Part shown: positions 26,448 through 32,000 of the stretch, one piece after another
How positions within the stretch are numbered: position 1 is the first letter of the stretch
Layout of the letters: every line of letters starts with the position of its first letter
Assembly: GCF_000237865.1 (NCBI RefSeq)
Contig: NC_017459.1
Span: 1,020,001 to 1,052,000 of the forward strand
Length of the DNA stretch: 32,000 nt
From: Haloquadratum walsbyi C23
GTDB taxonomy: Archaea > Halobacteriota > Halobacteria > Halobacteriales > Haloferacaceae
Direction of reading: 5' to 3'
The notes under the pieces: generated by a model
Told to the model about the DNA's origin: nothing
What the model saw: the letters and a program-made list of their open reading frames with translations, nothing else
Databases searched by the model: none
Made by a program: the position numbers and the translations under genes

Positions 26448-27638
26448 GTGAGTGAGGATGCTCATGACCAGTATGCAACACGAATGCTTGCAGCGGTATC
26501 GCTTGGATGGGCTGTGTTGCAATTTGGTCGAATGCTACTTTCACCATTACTGCCGGCTATTATTACAGACTTAGGAATTACAGAAGCAACAGCTGGCATT
26601 GTTCTTGCGGCGTTTCAGATTGTTTATGCAGTCACACAGTACCCAAGTGGAGAATTTTCAGATCAATGGACGCGTGCAACACTTATTGTGCCTGCTTTCG
26701 CCGTACTTGTCATTGGATTTGCTCTATTTGACATCGTCAATGGACTCGGTATGTTCGTTGTTGCTGCGGTCGTTACAGGAATTGGGAAGGGATTATTTTC
26801 AATCCCCTCACGAGCACTTCTTTCTGATTTATTCACGACGAATCGTGGTCGCGCACTTGGAATTTACGCAGCTGGGACAGATGTTGGTGGTATAGCAGCT
26901 GCTGGTGTCGCGACAGTAACTGTGACGTATGCATCATGGCGAACGCCGTTTCTTCCGGTTGCAATTTTGTTAGGGATATTAGCAACATGGTATGTATTCA
27001 TGAATCGTGAGCGCTACGCACTCGAACGCACGACGCTTGATATCGGGGGAACAGTGAGTGGGCTCATACAACACTCTCGACAGCGAGAGACGCTCATTGC
27101 GTTTGCCTTGTTTTATTTCATGGTTGGTGGTGTGGTTAATTTCTATCCAACATACCTGACACAGACGAAGGACTTCTCAGCAGAGCTTGCGAGTCTCACA
27201 TTTGCGCTTATTTTTATTGTTGGACTGATAATCAAACCGAGTGCCGGAATGCTTGGCGACCGGCTTTCGCGGATTGGCATTGCTATCACTGGACTGCTGA
27301 TTGCAGCCGTTGCACTCAGTGTGGTGACGGTTATTTCAACCCCAATATATATCTGGATTATCACGTCAATCCTCGCAATTGGATATAAAACTGGGTTTCC
27401 GCTTGCAGATGCGATTATTCTCGATGGTGCACCGAGTGATGGAATGGGTGCGGACCTTGGGGCTGCACGCGCACTCTTTCTCGGTGCAAATGCAATCGGA
27501 CCTGCTTATGTTGGTATTGTTGCGACTTACGCCAACTATGAGATTGCATTCGGTGGACTCGCAGTGTGTTTACTTTTTGCAGCAGGAATACTTGCTCGAC
27601 AGCGAATCAATTCGACAGATGGGGTCCGGGCTGATTGA
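26448..27638 (+). CDS. MFS transporter
   Basis: ORF 26379..27638. The start is uncertain: GTG 26448, ATG 26484 or ATG 26379. About 12 hydrophobic helices, with MFS loop motifs GEFSDQWTR and GMLGDRLSRIG. Confidence 0.75.
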   Translation: MSEDAHDQYATRMLAAVSLGWAVLQFGRMLLSPLLPAIITDLGITEATAGIVLAAFQIVYAVTQYPSGEFSDQWTRATLIVPAFAVLVIGFALFDIVNGLGMFVVAAVVTGIGKGLFSIPSRALLSDLFTTNRGRALGIYAAGTDVGGIAAAGVATVTVTYASWRTPFLPVAILLGILATWYVFMNRERYALERTTLDIGGTVSGLIQHSRQRETLIAFALFYFMVGGVVNFYPTYLTQTKDFSAELASLTFALIFIVGLIIKPSAGMLGDRLSRIGIAITGLLIAAVALSVVTVISTPIYIWIITSILAIGYKTGFPLADAIILDGAPSDGMGADLGAARALFLGANAIGPAYVGIVATYANYEIAFGGLAVCLLFAAGILARQRINSTDGVRAD

Positions 27639-27820
27639 TTCCTCGCTTGAATCAGGATTCTCTCTCAAAAATCGAGTCTATCTTTCTGCAAGGAGAGAAT
27701 CCCGCCGTTTTCCACGGGAGTAAATCCGATACTTCCCACACAATCCACCGTTGATGGCAGGCTAGATGTTCAACGCTAATCCACATCATTAAACAATTCT
27801 ACAGATTAACAGGCAGAGTG

Positions 27821-27899
27821 CCTCGGGGCTTGACCCCGAGGGTGAATGCCGTCACTATATGCCACAAATTTAATTATTTCTAGCGTTTCATACGGTGAC
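27821..27899 (+). repeat. Type A element copy A2, left part (interrupted by the IS4-family element)
   Basis: Hairpin cctcggggcttgaccccgagg (27821-27841) followed by GTGAATGC. The same 21-mer recurs at 29679-29699. Confidence 0.65.
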
Positions 27900-29409
27900 C
27901 TGTCGCGTTCTAAGTTCATAAAGCCCGGCGAAATTCTCTCCTAACGAACTGCTGGGTAAGAATCGTATGGGAGTTCACTCATCGAACAGTTGTCGGTGAA
28001 ATCCGTGTTGAGCCAAGAGAAGTAGCAGTTCAGGGAAAGAAATGATCAATGATCGCGGCACAGGCGACAGCCGTCGCTGGTGGGTGACGGCTGTCGCCGG
28101 GAAGTGAAGATTGATTAGCCGAATGAATCTAGCGTCTCATTCCAGAAGGTTCGAACTTTCTGGATAGCACGCGCCACGCCACCCCTGACTGGGTGGCGTT
28201 GGCGAAACCATACGACCAGCATATATCCAATCAATGCACAGAACAGCTCGAATAACACGCCGTTCAGCGATTTCGAGTGAAAGTTCTCGATGTTGAGGTA
28301 CTGTTTCCACTCTCGGAAGAGGATCTCAATTACTGTCCGTAGTGTGTATATGTTGATCACGTCGATTGGATCGTACTCTGACGACGCCAGCGTCGTCAGG
28401 TACTCAATCTCTTCTCCATCGGGTGTTTCCAGCACAATCCTGCGGAACTCTTCACCAGTCTCAGCTAATTCAATTCGTTCATCACGAACCCGTCGCGTTG
28501 ATTCCTCATCTGAGTGAGTCGGCTGAGCGGCGTTGTTCCCTGAGACGGTGACCTCGAACTCTTCGAGTGTCTCAATGAGTTCAAATCGAGCGTCTGAGTG
28601 CATCAGTGTGACAAAATCATTGTCACTATGCTTGATCTCACAGAACCGTAGATATCGCGTGTATGCGCGGTCAAAGACCCAGATTACCGAGTCGAGGTCT
28701 GCAAAGACCTCGACATCTTCCTTGAGGAGATCGAACTGCGGGCTTTCGTGGGTGTCGCCCTCTGTAACAGTAGCGTCGAGTGGATGTTTATTTTCTCCAT
28801 CCACACGTGCTGCGCAGTGAAGTTCGAGACCACCATCGTCTGTGTCGATCTTGTAGACCTTGTCGTCGTCTCCGACGAACTCGTCTGAGACGACAACAGA
28901 GCGCGTAAGTTCGAGGTTTGTGGCATCAACAGCGACGACATCTCGTGTCATCCACTGCAGTCGTTTTCGTTGAACTCCACGTTGATGATACAACTGTGGT
29001 GTGTGCAGTACTTCGAAGAGGAGCTGAACGACCGCGCAGTAGTCGCGGTCGTTCGTGAGTTCTGAAAACCGTGATTTAGGCATGTGTTCGAGTGAGTCGT
29101 CGACAATGGTCTTATCCTCAAGTTCAGCGAGTGAGCTGGAGGGGTCAAGACCCTCACGAACAGCCGTCTTGACGTGGTTCGTGAAGTCGTGTTTGTCGGA
29201 ATGGAGCCCAATCTTGAATTCATCGGCAATCGACTCGCTGTCGACTTCGTCGAGCAGCGAGTACATTTCGTCAGCGACGAGATCAGTAGAATTGATATTA
29301 GAGGCGTCCGTTACGTCTTCTGACGGCCTGTTTGGTGAATCAAATTGCACAGACATTACGGGCCGTCACTAACGGCTCACGCCGTTTTTATATACTCAGA
29401 ACGCGACAG
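27900..29409 (-). mobile_element. Intact IS4-family insertion sequence (1510 bp) with a 9-bp target site duplication
   Basis: Terminal inverted repeats CTGTCGCGTTCTAAGT (27900-27915) and the reverse complement of 29394-29409 (CTGTCGCGTTCTGAGT). Direct repeat TACGGTGAC at 27891-27899 and 29410-29418. Confidence 0.85.
28115..29356 (-). CDS. IS4-family DDE transposase
   Basis: 413 aa with D regions VVAVDATNL and VIWVFDRAY, and the IS4 signature Y(2)R(3)E(6)K in YTLRTVIEILFREWK. Confidence 0.85.
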   Translation of the reverse strand: MSVQFDSPNRPSEDVTDASNINSTDLVADEMYSLLDEVDSESIADEFKIGLHSDKHDFTNHVKTAVREGLDPSSSLAELEDKTIVDDSLEHMPKSRFSELTNDRDYCAVVQLLFEVLHTPQLYHQRGVQRKRLQWMTRDVVAVDATNLELTRSVVVSDEFVGDDDKVYKIDTDDGGLELHCAARVDGENKHPLDATVTEGDTHESPQFDLLKEDVEVFADLDSVIWVFDRAYTRYLRFCEIKHSDNDFVTLMHSDARFELIETLEEFEVTVSGNNAAQPTHSDEESTRRVRDERIELAETGEEFRRIVLETPDGEEIEYLTTLASSEYDPIDVINIYTLRTVIEILFREWKQYLNIENFHSKSLNGVLFELFCALIGYMLVVWFRQRHPVRGGVARAIQKVRTFWNETLDSFG

Positions 29410-29718
29410 TACGGTGACAACGACCAGACACAACCCATCAAAGTATGGAAATGAAGATCTCATTTCCTTCGCTGGTCGTTTGACAGTTTGGAAATGTGGC
29501 CCCTCTCAAAATCCGCTACTATGGTGGTGCGACGGGGGTTTCAACGGGCGGAGTGAAGCCGCCGACCTCCACGGACTCCTCGCGGAGTTCGGGTGTTAAT
29601 TCCAGCCGACCCCTCACGGGGAAGGTCGGAGGGAATTAAATTCGCCTGCGGGTGCTGTGCAGACCCCAAACGGTGAAGCCTCGGGGCTTGACCCCGAGGT
29701 ACTTCACCTGGATAACCC
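29410..29718 (+). repeat. Type A element copy A2, right part including the conserved 3' module
   Basis: TTCGGGTGTTA, stem-loop ccgacc-cccctcacgggg-aa-ggtcgg, GGAATTAAATTCGCC, GAAGCC plus hairpin (29679-29699), TACTTCACCTGGATAAC. Collinear with 6700-6855. Confidence 0.7.
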
Positions 29719-29768
29719 GTGTATGGCGATTCAGGTCACTCGCACCTGAACGCACCCCGCGGTAGACG

Positions 29769-30030
29769 ACTGTCTCTTACCCACAAATCGAGTCAGTGTT
29801 TTAGCGGAACGTGATCGGGATCGGCGAGCACGACTGAAATTCTCGGTATCTACAGTTTCAACACCTTTTTGAAACAATTGTAGTGGAGTTGATTACCGGC
29901 GTTCTGTCACCCCCACAGCCGGTATCACTGTCTGAGTCGCTTCTCGCTTCGATTTTTTACGTTCAAAATACCTCTGAGAGCGTCTGAAACGTCCGGTTAC
30001 GACTCCACGAACTTATGGGTAAAAGACAGT
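29769..30030. repeat. 262-bp element bounded by 18-bp inverted repeats (candidate MITE)
   Basis: ACTGTCTCTTACCCACAA (29769-29786) against the reverse complement of 30013-30030 (ACTGTCTTTTACCCATAA), 16 of 18 identical. There is an internal palindrome gtttcaa..ttgaaac at 29855-29875. Confidence 0.5.
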
Positions 30031-30155
30031 GTATGCGGGGAGGATGTCACACACAGGTATACTTCCTCGATATCCTCCCAACAGAATCTTCTTTCCAGTG
30101 CTTGGTGAATCGGCGAGTATTTTTATACCATACACGTGAGTGATGATGAAGAGAG

Positions 30156-30638
30156 ATGGAATTCACTTCTGTTGCTGCACTTGCAGATAACTATGTTATC
30201 GGTCGTAATGGTGATCTTCCATGGGAAAGTCTTCCCGCGGACAAACAGCAGTATCGCGAACGGGTCAGTGGATTCCCAGTCATACTGGGTCGACGGACAT
30301 ATGAATCGATGCGATCGGACCTCCCTGGTCGTCGACAAATTGTCCTATCACAACAAAAGCAGGGATTTCATATTGAAACTGTTACTCATGCGCCAGATAT
30401 TGACAGTGCAATCGAGATTAGTAAACAAACTGACACAAAAACTGTATATATTCTTGGTGGTGCTGCGATCTACAGCCTATTTCAATCGCATATCGACCGA
30501 ATGGTGCTTACTCGAGTCCCAGGGATCTATCAGGGTGATAGCTATTATCCCGAGTGGAATGACGATGTGTGGACACTCATATCAACAGAGGATTATGCTG
30601 GATTCACCCTCGAGGAATGGACCCGTCAAAGCGTATAA
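30156..30638 (+). CDS. folA: Dihydrofolate reductase
   Basis: 160 aa with ..NYVIGRNGDLPW.., ..PVILGRRTYESM.. and ..YILGGAAIYSLF... The longer overlapping ORF 30136..30897 is rejected. Confidence 0.85.
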   Translation: MEFTSVAALADNYVIGRNGDLPWESLPADKQQYRERVSGFPVILGRRTYESMRSDLPGRRQIVLSQQKQGFHIETVTHAPDIDSAIEISKQTDTKTVYILGGAAIYSLFQSHIDRMVLTRVPGIYQGDSYYPEWNDDVWTLISTEDYAGFTLEEWTRQSV

Positions 30639-30645
30639 TCTTGGC

Positions 30646-31178
30646 ATCCTTCTCCGCGTGAGTGCGAAGGAATCCCGGAGCGTGAGTGATGGAGATCGCA
30701 GGGTTGCAGTCTCATCAGGTATCCAGATGGTGAGAATCCGTCCGGACTTCTGGACCGTGGCGAGTGGGGATGGACTGCTGGGAGTGCCACATCTCAGCTC
30801 TCGATACTCCTCTCCTCAATCATATCTACACTCCCGAAGTTGTTTGTGCCTTTGGAGGGGGCTGGCAGACTTCGACGGACTTGGGTTTACATTTTGATAT
30901 TTAGAGTAGTCAAGCACAGCATCGATTCAGTATCAGAACCGACCGTTCATATGACTGGCTCCGATTATCGTCCCATTGCTCGGAGCGGACAGAACTTCAC
31001 CGTCGGACGGGGTGGGAATCGCTCTACTCTCGCCTGATTCCTACTTTGTCAATATGTTGCCTGTCTACTCCATAGCACTCAAATCTCAGTTTAGCTGCAT
31101 CACGTGGATAGGTTCCCACGTGACGGCGCATATCCACGACTCGAAGACCGTGGTATTGTGCCTGTCCATCATATAATA
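30646..31178 (+). repeat. Type B GC-rich non-coding element, copy B4
   Basis: Begins 8 nt after the folA stop and is preceded by TTGGC (30641-30645). 5' hairpin ccttc-tc-cgc-gtgagt-gcg-gaagg followed by GAATCC. Contains GGGAGTGCCACATCTCAGC..GATACTCCTC (nearly identical to 9986-10018) and a 3' box GACGGCGCATATCCACG..CGTGGTATTGTGCCTGT. Confidence 0.7.
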
Positions 31179-31233
31179 AATCTTAATTCACGCTCGCGTC
31201 AGGTACATTGCTCTCTAGATTAAATTATATCAT

Positions 31234-31758
31234 ATGAGCGAAACAGCGACCGTTGGCGGTGGATGTTTTTGGTGTACCGAGGCGGCGATGAAAGAGCTTG
31301 CTGGCGTTAACACAGTCACCTCAGGTTATGCTGGTGGCGATATCGATAATCCAACATATAAACAAGTCTGTTCAGGAACGACGGATCATGCCGAGGTTGT
31401 GCAGATTGAGTATGACCCAACGAAAATTGAATACAGTGAATTACTGGAAGTGTTTTTTGCAACGCATGATCCAACGCAATTGAATCGACAGGGTCCTGAT
31501 GTCGGCACACAGTATCGATCAATCATACTCACACATACTGTCGAGCAACGAGCGACGGCTGAAGCATATATTGAAGCACTCAATGATCATTATGATGATG
31601 CAATTGTCACCGAGATTGAATCACTCGAACGATTCTGGTCGGCTGAGGAGTATCATCAAGATTACTTTGAAAAAAATCCATCAGACGCATACTGTCGAAT
31701 GCACGCACAGCCGAAAGTTGAGAAAGTTCGTGAGACATTCACTGAGAAATTGACATAA
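31234..31758 (+). CDS. msrA: Peptide-methionine (S)-S-oxide reductase
   Basis: 174 aa with the active-site motif GGGCFWCTEA and ..DHAEVVQIEYDP... Confidence 0.9.
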   Translation: MSETATVGGGCFWCTEAAMKELAGVNTVTSGYAGGDIDNPTYKQVCSGTTDHAEVVQIEYDPTKIEYSELLEVFFATHDPTQLNRQGPDVGTQYRSIILTHTVEQRATAEAYIEALNDHYDDAIVTEIESLERFWSAEEYHQDYFEKNPSDAYCRMHAQPKVEKVRETFTEKLT

Positions 31759-31913
31759 TAATAAAAGAGTATCGCATCTTTGTATATAATCTATATAGGT
31801 GTCAAAAAGTGGCAGTCAAACCTTGTGTCCTCGCATTAATTAGTTGCTTCAATCAACGCTGAATCAAAAACATACCTCAAATACCGAGTCCGCTGTTCTC
31901 AGTGACACATGAT

Positions 31914-32000
31914 TCACCCATCGTCATTCCTTATTGGCCATGTCTCATCAAACTCGGCATGATCAAACGGTTTGGCGTCTGAGCCAGCGTATGTTGCGAC
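31914..32000 (-). CDS. 3' end of an unidentified minus-strand CDS running in from the window edge
   Basis: The reverse strand reads ..VATYAGSDAKPFDHAEFDETWPIRNDDG then TGA (stop at 31914-31916). The peptide is acidic and plausible, but too short to identify. Confidence 0.3.
   Translation of the reverse strand, partial: VATYAGSDAKPFDHAEFDETWPIRNDDG

Noticed and set aside
27821-29699. Repeated GC hairpins (6464, 6815, 9775, 9822, 12305, 27821, 29679) considered as a possible CRISPR array
   Set aside because: The repeats are not identical as a set, the spacing is irregular and spans kilobases, they are embedded in larger homologous elements, and there are no cas genes.
1-32000. tRNA, rRNA, RNase P or SRP RNA genes
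   Set aside because: Scanning by eye, I saw no T-loop (GGTTCRANYC) in an acceptor-stem context and no rRNA-like conserved blocks. The only structured candidates are the multi-copy type A and B elements, which are reported separately.

Overview
This window looks like a haloarchaeal chromosome segment. The predicted proteins are strongly acidic, intergenic DNA is very AT-rich, and coding density is low. It resembles Haloquadratum, but that is inference only, since no search was possible.

Recognisable genes, in order:
- the 3' end of a PQQ-dependent sugar dehydrogenase gene
- an SMC-like Sph gene followed by rdfA (a cell-shape module)
- two SDR oxidoreductases
- a secreted beta-sandwich-repeat surface protein
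- a Tat-secreted beta-propeller protein
- a CBS/zinc-ribbon protein
- a cobalamin block, cbiA-ferredoxin-cbiG-cbiF-cbiL-cbiT, divergent from the cobalt ECF transporter cbiMNQO
- an MFS transporter, folA and msrA

Mobile DNA:
- a point-mutation-decayed IS5-like element at about 1107-1995
- an intact IS4-family element at 27900-29409 with a 9-bp target duplication
- a 262-bp candidate MITE with inverted termini at 29769-30030

The most interesting content is non-coding. There are two families of GC-rich, hairpin-bounded elements with no credible ORF.
- Type B has four co-oriented copies plus one solo end.
- Type A has two good copies, one of them split by the IS4 element, plus two degenerate remnants.
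- Every type B copy sits directly 3' of a TTGAY-like pentamer.
- Helices are conserved between copies by compensatory and G-U-tolerant changes, readable only on the + strand.

I interpret both families as non-autonomous IS200/IS605-like (PATE-type) elements that may express orphan omega-RNA-like or otherwise structured RNAs. No tnpA or tnpB gene lies in the window. This interpretation is inference and needs genome-wide copy comparison, covariance testing and RNA-seq.

I found no rRNA, tRNA or CRISPR array.
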